Source of the DNA: Nitrosopumilaceae archaeon | GTDB lineage: Archaea; Thermoproteota; Nitrososphaeria; Nitrososphaerales; Nitrosopumilaceae | Direction: 5' to 3' | DNA: 64,000 nt | NCBI GenBank assembly: GCA_965214835.1 | Contig: CBDCCK010000002.1 | Coordinates: forward strand, 32,001 to 96,000 | Part shown: in pieces, positions 9,131-18,385 of the stretch | How positions within the stretch are numbered: position 1 is the first letter of the stretch | Layout: each line of letters starts with the position of its first letter | Translations under genes and position numbers: made by a program | The notes under the pieces: model-generated | What the model saw: only the letters and a program-made list of their open reading frames with translations | The model's database searches: none | What the model was told of the DNA's origin: nothing

Positions 9131-10791
9131 GTCCTCCTACTCCTGCTACTCCCCCTTCTCCACAGCTTCTCGCCTCGTTTCCCCCCGGACTCTCCCCGCG
9201 TCCGGAGCAAAAACGCATACTTGCAGACATCGGCGAGGCGCTTGCCTCGGGGTACCGCGATATCATACTGTGCGCGCCCACCGGTGTTGGCAAGAGCGCC
9301 GTGGCAGCTGCGGTCGCCCGCTCGATGGGAAGCTCGTTCGTGCTTACCGCCCAGAAGATACTCCAGGATCAGTACTCGCGCGACTTTGGCTCGTGGCTTG
9401 CCCCCGGCAAGGGCAAGGGCAACTTTCCGTGCCGCGCCCTGTACGAGGGGGTCATGTCCCGTGACGAGGCGGCATCCGACCCGTCCGTATCGTGCGCCAA
9501 CGGCGTGTGCTCGTGGCACACGCCGCAGGGAACCGCGCACTGCGAGTACAAGCCCGTCCTGGCCGAGTTCGAGCCCGGCGGTGAGTGTGGTGATGACGAC
9601 AATTGCTGCCACTATTATTCGGCAAAATATACGGCGCTTGCCTCGCCGCACTCTGTATACAACTATGCGGCATACTTTGCAATACGCGGCCAGTTTCTTC
9701 CGGACCGGCTCATCCGGAGGCAGGTCGTCATTTGTGACGAGGCCCACGAGCTTGAGGACGTGCTGGCAGAGCACGTCGGCTGCGAGATAACAAGATCGTA
9801 CCTTGCCGACGCCGACTCTGCGTTTTCCGAGTTTGAGGATGTCGATGCCGTCGAGGGTGTAACCCGCATGGTCTCGCTTCTCTGCGACAGGTACGGTGAG
9901 CGCCTGCGCAGCTCGCCGGACGGGAGGATGCAGTCCCGGCTGGAGCGCCTCTCGCTGTGCAGGTACGAGCTGGCAAACAGCCCGGGCAACGTGTCCGTAC
10001 AGGTCAACCGATATGATGACGGCCACGTGCGGTCCGTCTCTGTCCGGCCCCTGTCCGTGTCGCGGTACGCCGAGAGGTATTTGGACTCGCCGCACCGGAT
10101 CTTCATGTCTGCTACCATCCATCCGGACATGTTCTGCGGCCGCATGGGCATTGACGGGCGCGACTGCTGCTTTGTGGACGTAAAGACCGCCCCCTTTGAG
10201 GCCTCCCGCGCCCCCGTCTCCTTCTGCGACGTGGCCGCCATCAACCGCGATACCGGCGAGGACGAGTACGCCCTGCTATACGATAGGATCGACTCGATAC
10301 TGGACATGCACGGCAACCACAAGGGGTTGATACTGGTGTCTTCGGTGGATCAGTGCCGCAGCATTGCCGCCGGGCTGTCCGAACGCAACCGGGGCAGGCT
10401 GCTGCAGGTATACAACTCGGCGCCGCTTGAGCGCGACGAGACGCTGCGCCTGCATGCCGGCTCCCCCGAGCCGACGGTCCTGATATCGCCGAGCCTGTGG
10501 TACGGCGTTGACCTCCGCGGGATGCTCTCCAGGTTCTGCATAATAGCAAAGTGTCCGTTTCCGTCTCTGGCAGACAGGCGTGTCGGCGCGCTGGCAAAGG
10601 CAAGCCCCGTATGGTACCGGTATCACACACTGTGCAAGATGCTCCAGGGGATGGGGCGCAGCATACGGAGCGAGGACGACTGGGCCGACACGTATGTTCT
10701 GGACTCCAACGCCGGCAAGCTCGTGCGGCAGATGTCCGCATACGTCCCTGACGCATACGGGGAGGCGCTCTCGGAGGTAGGGGGAAGATGA
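9127..10791 (+). CDS. DinG/XPD-like SF2 helicase
   Basis: Q motif RPEQ, APTGVGKS, Cys cluster, DEAH, MSAT, QGMGRSIRSEDD. Confidence 0.93.
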   Translation: MSPPTPATPPSPQLLASFPPGLSPRPEQKRILADIGEALASGYRDIILCAPTGVGKSAVAAAVARSMGSSFVLTAQKILQDQYSRDFGSWLAPGKGKGNFPCRALYEGVMSRDEAASDPSVSCANGVCSWHTPQGTAHCEYKPVLAEFEPGGECGDDDNCCHYYSAKYTALASPHSVYNYAAYFAIRGQFLPDRLIRRQVVICDEAHELEDVLAEHVGCEITRSYLADADSAFSEFEDVDAVEGVTRMVSLLCDRYGERLRSSPDGRMQSRLERLSLCRYELANSPGNVSVQVNRYDDGHVRSVSVRPLSVSRYAERYLDSPHRIFMSATIHPDMFCGRMGIDGRDCCFVDVKTAPFEASRAPVSFCDVAAINRDTGEDEYALLYDRIDSILDMHGNHKGLILVSSVDQCRSIAAGLSERNRGRLLQVYNSAPLERDETLRLHAGSPEPTVLISPSLWYGVDLRGMLSRFCIIAKCPFPSLADRRVGALAKASPVWYRYHTLCKMLQGMGRSIRSEDDWADTYVLDSNAGKLVRQMSAYVPDAYGEALSEVGGR

Positions 10792-11864
10792 GCGGCCTGG
10801 CGCCGGCGGCGGCGGCCGCGGCTGTTTCTGCCAGGAAGCCCCCGTTCCTCCCCGGGGTCATACCCGAGACCCTCGGCAGGGGCGGGCTCACCGTCTCGGA
10901 GCTGCTGCACGGTGCATCCTGTGATGCCGTGCGCCGCGAGGCCGTAAACCGCGTGATATCGGCCGAGACGGGAAGGCAGTACTGCGCGGTAGGCGGCCCC
11001 GTCGTCATGATCGGCGGCATGACATACAGGCAGGACGTGCTGACGTATGTCGTGGCCTCGGCCATTTGTAACGTAAAGGGCGACAGGGTCCTGACAAAAA
11101 AGTTCGCGCTGTCCGAGTCCGTGACTGCCGAGCCCTTTCTTCGCGGCCACCCGAGCCCGGAGGACCTGGTATCCGAGATGGCATCCATAAAGGCGCTGCG
11201 CGACGGCGCTGAATACCGCGTTCCCGTCGCCGACTATCTTCCGCTTGCCTGCCGCATAAGCAGCATGGAATGGAAGCTGGTAAACCAGCGCGTCACCGGT
11301 GGGTACGTCATGCTTGCCAAGAGGAGGATGGTGCGGCTGGTGCGGCACGCCATGGCCGCATACGTCATTGATCAGGTCAACGGTATGTCCCTTGGGAGCA
11401 GGGATGCAGAGGCGCTTGCCGGATATGCGGCCAAGGTGGGGACCACCCACGTGTGGGCCGGCAGGAGGCCTCCTGCAGACGGCGGCCGCCTGCCCCCGTG
11501 CATCGCGCACTGCAGGCAGCAGCTGAAGGAGGGCGAGAACCTGCCCCATGTAGCCCGGTTCCTGCTTGCTTCATACCTGCTCAAGGCAGGTACCCCCGCA
11601 GACGACATTGCAGTCCTGTTTCAGACGGCCCCCGACTATAACGAGGCAGTCACGAAATACCAGATAGGCCAGATAGCGAGATCAGAGTACCTCCCCCCCA
11701 GCTGCGCCAAGGTGGAGACGGCAGGATGGTGCAGGAGGAGCGAGGCCTGTGGGAACATAGCCAACCCGATCCAGTTTGGGAGGCATGACGGCCGCGTCCT
11801 ACAAGAGGACGAAAATGACACGCCCGTCCCTGAAGAAAAAAGCATGGAGGGGGACATCCCCTGA
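10788..11864 (+). CDS. priL: Archaeal-type DNA primase large subunit
   Basis: WKLVNQRV..GYV, LPPCI, H..RFLLASYL, F..APDYNE..T.YQI, Y.PPSC, C...C..I.NP (Fe-S domain cysteines). Confidence 0.9.
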   Translation: MSGLAPAAAAAAVSARKPPFLPGVIPETLGRGGLTVSELLHGASCDAVRREAVNRVISAETGRQYCAVGGPVVMIGGMTYRQDVLTYVVASAICNVKGDRVLTKKFALSESVTAEPFLRGHPSPEDLVSEMASIKALRDGAEYRVPVADYLPLACRISSMEWKLVNQRVTGGYVMLAKRRMVRLVRHAMAAYVIDQVNGMSLGSRDAEALAGYAAKVGTTHVWAGRRPPADGGRLPPCIAHCRQQLKEGENLPHVARFLLASYLLKAGTPADDIAVLFQTAPDYNEAVTKYQIGQIARSEYLPPSCAKVETAGWCRRSEACGNIANPIQFGRHDGRVLQEDENDTPVPEEKSMEGDIP

Positions 11865-11872
11865 GAAAGTGC

Positions 11873-12214
11873 GTGTATTGCGGGGTGTGGCTGTCAGGCG
11901 GCAGCGTGCACCACGGACTTGTTGTGGACCGTGACGGGATCCGGTTCTCACAGCTTCCATCATCGGTCAGCGACGAACCATTCGAGTATTACTGCTGCCA
12001 TGCGTGCTTTACCATGAACCGCGAGAGGGTCATCGCAAGGATAAGCGGTATGGTGGGCGGCACTGCCGGCCGGAAGGGTGCGCCGCGCTGCCAGGTCTGC
12101 CGCAGGAAGATCACGGCGTATGGGCGCCACATCACCTGCTCCAAAAAATGCGCGGAAAAATATTCCGTACGGCTTGGAGGGCATGGCGGCGGCGGGGGGA
12201 GGAATTCCACATGA
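11873..12214 (+). CDS. Cys-rich hypothetical protein (CxxC, TCSKKC)
   Basis: Several CxxC motifs; coupled by ATGA to the next ORF. Confidence 0.55.
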   Translation: MYCGVWLSGGSVHHGLVVDRDGIRFSQLPSSVSDEPFEYYCCHACFTMNRERVIARISGMVGGTAGRKGAPRCQVCRRKITAYGRHITCSKKCAEKYSVRLGGHGGGGGRNST

Positions 12215-12381
12215 GGGTTGCAAAGTCGTGCCGGATCTGCGGCCGGGACCTCCACTGCAGCCAGGGCGCCGGCATGCCGGATCGCCGCCTGGTCACCTGC
12301 TCTGGCAGGTGCTCCTCGGAGTACTCCCGCCTCATGTCACGCGCGCGCCATTCCGCCAAAGGTCCGGAGGACGCGGCATGA
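12211..12381 (+). CDS. Small Zn-finger protein (CRIC...TCSGRC)
   Basis: ATGA overlap; same motif class as its neighbours. Confidence 0.55.
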   Translation: MRVAKSCRICGRDLHCSQGAGMPDRRLVTCSGRCSSEYSRLMSRARHSAKGPEDAA

Positions 12382-12499
12382 GTCCGGGTGATCGTTGCGG
12401 GTGCCTCCACGTATGCCGCAGCTGCCCGGGGTTTTCACATAGTTGGTTGCGTGCCGCGTGCCGGGAGGATGAGGATGAGGATGCCAATAAAGGGGGAAG

Positions 12500-12814
12500 G
12501 TGCCCGTGAGCCGGCAGTGCGCGGCCTGTGACCGGCGCGCAGTAATGACCGTCGGCGCGCAGCACCTCTGCCTGCGGTGCTCCGGGGCCATGGAGGACGA
12601 CCCGTTCAGTTGCAGTCCGGATGTGGGCAGTTGGTATGATCCCGCCGAGTTTGACAGGCAGTGGGAGCGTGCCATGAGTACTGACCTGCGCAGGTGTGAA
12701 TATGGGGGTTGTGAAAGATATGCGTGGTGGAATGTGACTGACCTCGGCTTTGTCCGGTGGTTCTGTAGGATGCACTATGTGGAAAAAACGGGGGAGGAGG
12801 CCTGCGACGCCTGA
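12500..12814 (+). CDS. Cys-rich hypothetical protein
   Basis: CAAC, CLRC, CEYGGC, CRMH motifs; coupled to flanking ORFs. Confidence 0.55.
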   Translation: MPVSRQCAACDRRAVMTVGAQHLCLRCSGAMEDDPFSCSPDVGSWYDPAEFDRQWERAMSTDLRRCEYGGCERYAWWNVTDLGFVRWFCRMHYVEKTGEEACDA

Positions 12815-13020
12815 TGAACTGCCAGAACCGTTGTGAGTATTACAAGATACCCAAGACGCTCCCCCACGCCGACAAGGGGCTGTGCCGCGAGTGCGGCATC
12901 TTCATGTTGTGGGCGGGGTTTTTCTGCCCGTGCTGCGGCACCAAGCTCCGCAAGAAGAGGGTGACGCGTGTGTGCCGCGCGCGCCAGCATAAGATGATGG
13001 GGGTGAAGAGGGAGAAATGA
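12814..13020 (+). CDS. Small Zn-ribbon protein (CREC...CPCCG)
   Basis: TGATG overlap; CxxC and CPCCG.LR motifs. Confidence 0.65.
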   Translation: MNCQNRCEYYKIPKTLPHADKGLCRECGIFMLWAGFFCPCCGTKLRKKRVTRVCRARQHKMMGVKREK

Positions 13021-13328
13021 CACGCCGGGGATTCTGGCGGTTCCTACCGTGTAAGGTGTGTGGTGTCAGGTTCGAGGTCAGAATACATCCAGGAAGAAAG
13101 TGGCACCGCGTCTGCTGCTCGCCTGAGTGCAGCCATGAGAACCGCCGCGCCTCCTGTAAGGAGTATGACAGGAAGATCAGCGGTGCCAGGTCCGTGGTCA
13201 GATGGATATACAGGATGGTTACCGGAAGGCCCCTCATCTGTGGGGTGGCCACAAGACACCTGGTACGCCACAGTATGATAGGGACCGGCGACCCCCGCTC
13301 CCTGAAGGGTTGGGGGTACAAGTCCTGA
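13017..13328 (+). CDS. Small Zn-finger protein (CKVC...CCSPEC)
   Basis: ATGA overlap; CxxC and CSxxC motifs. Confidence 0.55.
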   Translation: MTRRGFWRFLPCKVCGVRFEVRIHPGRKWHRVCCSPECSHENRRASCKEYDRKISGARSVVRWIYRMVTGRPLICGVATRHLVRHSMIGTGDPRSLKGWGYKS

Positions 13329-13588
13329 AGATCACCATGACGAAACGGTGCGCTGTTTGCGGCCATGACCTCCGGTGCAGGCATACAGGCATCATGGAAA
13401 GAAGGACCTATAGCCATGGGTGTAGTGTGATTATGAGCGGATGTGACACCACAGGAGGCGCCTGAAGGAGGAGGAGGGGTGTTATTCCAGGTGATGGTGA
13501 CGGACCGTTTTGGATCCCATATTTTGGAAGGACAGTCCCTGTTTTTACGGGGGTCAAACATTCAAATGTCTCCCGACCGCGCCAAGAG

Positions 13589-14026
13589 TTGATGTTGTTT
13601 GGAAGGAGGAGTAAACCGCGCCTCATCAAAATAAGGGGTTTTGAGCCCCCAACGGCCTCCAATAATCCGGTTGACGGAAAATTGAGACTGAAAAAGGAGG
13701 TTGAAGGAAAGGTTGAAGGCCTAGAGGAGATCAGGGGTTTTTGCCTCGGGAAAAAACTGTCTGTTAACGTGAGGTTTTTCCTGTATGATGGGACCGGTGG
13801 GACTGCACAGCCAGAGGGAAGGACAAGGAAGGATCTTGATAATATGTTGAAGATTGTCGTGGATGTGCTTCCTGAAAAGATGGACAAGGACGGCAAACAT
13901 GACGGATTGGGCCTTATCAGGGGAGATGCAGACGACATGGTATATGAGATAAGGGCTGTAAAGGAGACGGTATCCAATATAGATAAGGAGGGAATGGATA
14001 TCGAGATTTCAGAGTTTAAGGGTTGA
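13589..14026 (+). CDS. RusA-like Holliday junction resolvase
   Basis: DLDNMLKIVVDVL...GLI..D.DD.V matches the RusA catalytic signature. Confidence 0.8.
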   Translation: MMLFGRRSKPRLIKIRGFEPPTASNNPVDGKLRLKKEVEGKVEGLEEIRGFCLGKKLSVNVRFFLYDGTGGTAQPEGRTRKDLDNMLKIVVDVLPEKMDKDGKHDGLGLIRGDADDMVYEIRAVKETVSNIDKEGMDIEISEFKG

Positions 14027-14149
14027 TTTTTTAAAAATGTCTGGTTGGTTGGTTTGGCCAATCTTGATGTTTTTTGGATTGGGTTTTGTGTGATGAAAGA
14101 AGGAATGTTTTGTTGTTTTTGTCGGTGTTGGTGGTGTGTAATGTGATCC

Positions 14150-14660
14150 ATATGTGGCGTAACCTGGCACCCTGCGATCAGAACTTTTAACGGTTGTTCC
14201 AAAGTTCCATTGTTCCAGCGATTCCATACTGCCGTATATTTGGGGAAAATAAGGAAAAATGTCGTCTGCCACACAGCGGTGTAGAAATGCTGGAACACTG
14301 GAACTTTGGAACATTTCTCACGCCTGACGTTTGCCACACAAGGAACCTTCAGAATTTGATCACTTTGCCACAAAACGAGACTGGAACAGATTTTGGCGGA
14401 ATTCATCCCGGATCTCCGAAAAGCGTGCGGATCTCGACGTGGCAAAATACTCGTCGGAATGGATTTTGAAAATTGATCTAAATTTCGGGCTTTTTGGGAA
14501 TTTGATCTGAAATAGCTGGAACAACTCTGGAACATGGTGGAACATCCGGGTGTTTTTGGCGGATTTCGGATCGGTTTTTGCGGAATTTTTCGGAATGGAT
14601 TTGGGGGTCTGATCGCAAAAATCACCTATTTTGAGAAAAACTCTGGAACAATGGAACACA
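14150..14660. repeat. Non-coding region with scattered copies of both upstream array motifs
   Basis: TGTTCCAAAGTTCCA at 14195-14209, its reverse complement at 14299-14313, more TGGAACA copies, and TTGCCACA/GTGGCAA half-sites. Confidence 0.75.
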
Positions 14661-15034
14661 AATATCAAAAAAGTACCGGAAAAGCGATCAGGATTCCCAT
14701 GGGTGTTCTTTGATCGATGTTGGTGTAGTCGGGATGTTATTTCTTGTTTTGCGCAACCTTGATGATGATGACGCAAATATCATGGTAGATATGCTGCAGA
14801 CAAGGACAAACTGTAAAACTTGGGAAGGCGCGACAAACCAAAGATCCGTACGAGGTCACCTACCCCCATCAGTCAGGCATGAATTAGCATGAATGATTGT
14901 AATCTTCGTGCCTAACTAACAAGGGGACGTGACCACATACAAAGATCCAATAGTGTGTGGGAACTGGCCCAGACCTCATCCAAACTGATCAGAAACCCCA
15001 AGATGATCCAAAATCAGAAACCGTGAATACAATC

Positions 15035-18000
15035 CTAAAATCCATCCAATCCCTTCTTACCAAGCGAGTCATCGAACTTTTCCGGTGTAATAAAAATAAC
15101 TCCAACCAACTTTAGTTTGGACTCTGCGGCCATCTCTTCTTTCTTTTCTACTACCTTTACAGGATCCGTCTTTTCCTTGATACCTATCCACTCACTCATT
15201 CTCTTTATTCCGTTTATCAACATCTCAATATCCTGGTCTCTACCGTATTCCAAAACCAATGAGTTGAGGTCGTCGGCCCAGTGCCGTACATGCTCGGACT
15301 TTACAATTTGTATAACCTCCTTTCCCTCATCCTTGACTATCTTACCGTTCAGTATGGCGCCCATCATTATCTTGGAGACCTCGTCGACGTTCCTGTCATG
15401 CTGTCTGTGTCTCTTACCGTGAAGTTCCCTAACATATGAGGATACGGCGTCATTGTTTTCCTTTATGGCCCTTCGCGCCTTTGGATCTATCTTCAGTAAC
15501 AACTCAAACGATTCCTTGCTTGTCGTACCGTCCATCGGTAGATGGATCGGTGTCTCCACAATACATGATGCAAGGCGTATGGCCTCCGAGTCGTCATCAG
15601 GCACCAACACCACATCGGTCTCAAAATCATACTGGACAAAATAGACACGTCTCTCCGAACCCTCTTGCAGGTACGCCAGGACGGCCTTCTGGCTATCACC
15701 CATCTTACCACTGCGACGCCCTATGGGGATGTCCTGGACCGTCTCCATCCCCTTCTCCTTGATGAACCTACCCAACTCGTTGATCGGTGAGAGCGCCGGC
15801 ATGACGTCTGATTCCTTCTCCATCTCCGAGATTACCCTGCCGGCGCTACTACTACTGCCGTCCTCCTGCCGGCCGCCGGCAAGCACCTTGATCCTATGTG
15901 CCGCACCGTTGAACTGTTTGGGGGTTGGGGCCTCTCCCAATATCTCTTCATCTCCCCCTATTACAGTATCAACCACATGTATCTTGTCCAACAACCTACC
16001 CATGAGCCTCAGGATGTCGTCCAACTCCCTGTCCGGGTAGCAGGCCCTGGTACGGATCACGTCATGTTTACTGGTGAGCCTGTCCACCCTGCCAGTCCTC
16101 TGGACTATTCTCATCGGATTCCACGGTAAATCATAGTTTATGACATAGTTGCAGTCCTGGAGGTTCTGTCCCTCTGCTAGCACCTCAGTAGAGACCAACA
16201 TATCAATTTCCCCCAAATCCAGCTTCTCATCCTCGAGCAGGTTTGCCTCCGGGGCAAACCGCCTGATGTGACTCATCCTTGCGTCCGGCTTTGTGCTCCC
16301 CGTAATGCATTCTATGGCATGATTGGGAAACTTTTCCCGCAGTTTTTTGGTGACGTATCTTGCAGTGGCCGTGTATTCGGTAAATATCAGAACTTTTTTG
16401 CTCTCGTTTTCAAGCGCCCGCTCCTTTAGGATGGTTCTAATTACCGCGTCGATCTTTGTGTCAACTGTTATCTTTTTGACCTCCTCTAACAGGCCCTCCA
16501 GTATGGCCATGTCACCTGCCATGTCGCGCTTGAGTGACTCGATGTCATAGTTTTTTCCTATCTTCTCCTTTTGAATCTCCATAATCTCCCTGAGAAAGAA
16601 CCTCATCTTTTCCTCATCATCGTCGTCGTCGGCAGCAGTGCCAGGATCCTCACCAGACTCCACCACGTTCCACTTTGTAATTATCCTGTTAAAGTCGCGG
16701 ACCCGCAGTATCCTACCTTCGTCTAACACACCGCTGATGTGCCGGTACAGGTTTATCTTGTTCTCCAGGCTTATCCTTACGGCCTCAACACTGCTCTCAA
16801 AGCGCTTTAACAACAATATGACCTGGAGGTGACCTATCACCCTGTACCTGCCTCTCTCCTCATCTGACAGGCTTGTGTTGTATCGCTCCATTCCATACGG
16901 CGCCATGGTCAGACGTCCTATATCCTCCAAGATCTTCCGGAATATATTCCCGAACAGGTCTGCAAGGCTGTACTGTATGGGGGAGTACTGGTGTACAGGA
17001 AACCTTATCTCCCTATCGCCTATGCGGTCGTCCCTGTAGACGTCCTTGATGTAGGATCTTGTGCGCCTCACCATCACGACGTCCAGTAACTGCTGTATCT
17101 TTTCGAGTCCCTGCGCCAGATCCTTGTTTGCAGCATCCCTCATATGCCGGTACAGGTCGGGTATGCCAACATGCCGGTAAAAGTAAGAGTCCTCACCCCC
17201 GGTAATTAGGGACAGCTGATAGTACAGATCCATCAACGAGTTGTTGATCGGCGTGGCAGTCAGCATTATAACCTGCTTTCTCTTTCCTATACTCATCAGT
17301 TTCATCAGGTTCTTTCTCCTGTTTGCACCCTTTGAACGAAAGTTCTGCGACTCATCGATGAGCACCAAGTCTATGTTCCTGTATCTTCCCAGCGTCTTGA
17401 TGATGTCCTCTCTTCCCAGGGACTCCATGGTGAGTGTCTCGCGCACGTTGATGTCGACCTCCTTGAGCTTTTCTGCCCACATGCTGTGCAACACCTGGGC
17501 TGGTGCCACAAGCAACACTTTTTTGCCCTCCTTGAGGACCTTCTGGCGCATCATCTCTATTCCCATGTTGGTCTTGCCAAGTCCGGTTGCATCTGCAATG
17601 ATGACTCCGCCAAACTCCGACACTATGAACATTCCGGCGTGCACCGCGTCCTGCTGGAACCGGGTCAGCACCTTGCTTTCCTTACCGGCGTCATGATCTA
17701 TCCTTTCGAGCAGCGGCCTGAACCGCTCAAAGAGCATCTTCATGTATACCTCGTACGGCTCTGCGGGCTGGCCGAACTTTGACTGCGTCAGGACGTCGAT
17801 CAACTGTTGTTTGGTGTCCTTCGCTGTACCCCACATCCTGTCAAACCACGCCCTCGTCTGCTCTGCCACACCAGGCTGGTACAGTCCGGCGTTGAGCTCA
17901 TAGTTTCCAGTCATACCGCCGGCAGTGAAATTGCTGGAGCCGATGAATACAGAGTTGTTTCCCATGATATAACACTTTGAGTGATTGAACCTACTTGCGC

Positions 18001-18385
18001 CAAGTCGCACCTGGATGTTCTCCTGTCTCAACAGGTTGATCAGCGACGTGGTATCGTCCCTTGACTCGGGCGACAGATCCGCATCGTCAAGGTTTGACTT
18101 TAACGACGAGCCCTCTGATGATTCATTGTACTGTCTTGCGTATTTCTCAAAGGAGCCCTCCTGCGGGAATATGGCCTCCCTGCCAAGTAGCAGCCTCATT
18201 GAGAACGACTCGTTGCGGGCCGCATCCTCCAGGGAATCGCGGAGCATCCCGTATCCGGCAACATCAAAGTATCCTGTGGATATGTCGAGGGTTTCGGCCA
18301 CGGGAATCTCAGAGTTGAGTATCTTTTGCATCGTTATGTCATCCTGCGAATTGTCGATGATGTCCTTTTTGATTCTCTTTGTCAT
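15035..18385 (-). CDS. PLD-nuclease domain fused to SNF2-family helicase (defence-associated)
   Basis: HKD-like HSKCY...GSSNFT..G...N.E, ADATGLGKT, DESQ, LTATP, KRFESS, EGQNLQ, YDLPWNP.R..QR.GRVDR. Confidence 0.92.
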   Translation of the reverse strand: MTKRIKKDIIDNSQDDITMQKILNSEIPVAETLDISTGYFDVAGYGMLRDSLEDAARNESFSMRLLLGREAIFPQEGSFEKYARQYNESSEGSSLKSNLDDADLSPESRDDTTSLINLLRQENIQVRLGASRFNHSKCYIMGNNSVFIGSSNFTAGGMTGNYELNAGLYQPGVAEQTRAWFDRMWGTAKDTKQQLIDVLTQSKFGQPAEPYEVYMKMLFERFRPLLERIDHDAGKESKVLTRFQQDAVHAGMFIVSEFGGVIIADATGLGKTNMGIEMMRQKVLKEGKKVLLVAPAQVLHSMWAEKLKEVDINVRETLTMESLGREDIIKTLGRYRNIDLVLIDESQNFRSKGANRRKNLMKLMSIGKRKQVIMLTATPINNSLMDLYYQLSLITGGEDSYFYRHVGIPDLYRHMRDAANKDLAQGLEKIQQLLDVVMVRRTRSYIKDVYRDDRIGDREIRFPVHQYSPIQYSLADLFGNIFRKILEDIGRLTMAPYGMERYNTSLSDEERGRYRVIGHLQVILLLKRFESSVEAVRISLENKINLYRHISGVLDEGRILRVRDFNRIITKWNVVESGEDPGTAADDDDDEEKMRFFLREIMEIQKEKIGKNYDIESLKRDMAGDMAILEGLLEEVKKITVDTKIDAVIRTILKERALENESKKVLIFTEYTATARYVTKKLREKFPNHAIECITGSTKPDARMSHIRRFAPEANLLEDEKLDLGEIDMLVSTEVLAEGQNLQDCNYVINYDLPWNPMRIVQRTGRVDRLTSKHDVIRTRACYPDRELDDILRLMGRLLDKIHVVDTVIGGDEEILGEAPTPKQFNGAAHRIKVLAGGRQEDGSSSSAGRVISEMEKESDVMPALSPINELGRFIKEKGMETVQDIPIGRRSGKMGDSQKAVLAYLQEGSERRVYFVQYDFETDVVLVPDDDSEAIRLASCIVETPIHLPMDGTTSKESFELLLKIDPKARRAIKENNDAVSSYVRELHGKRHRQHDRNVDEVSKIMMGAILNGKIVKDEGKEVIQIVKSEHVRHWADDLNSLVLEYGRDQDIEMLINGIKRMSEWIGIKEKTDPVKVVEKKEEMAAESKLKLVGVIFITPEKFDDSLGKKGLDGF

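Noticed and set aside
13408-14776. 405-aa and other ORFs over the rusA-like gene and the 14-kb intergenic region
   Set aside because: They are antisense or low-complexity shadows of a T/G-skewed non-coding region.
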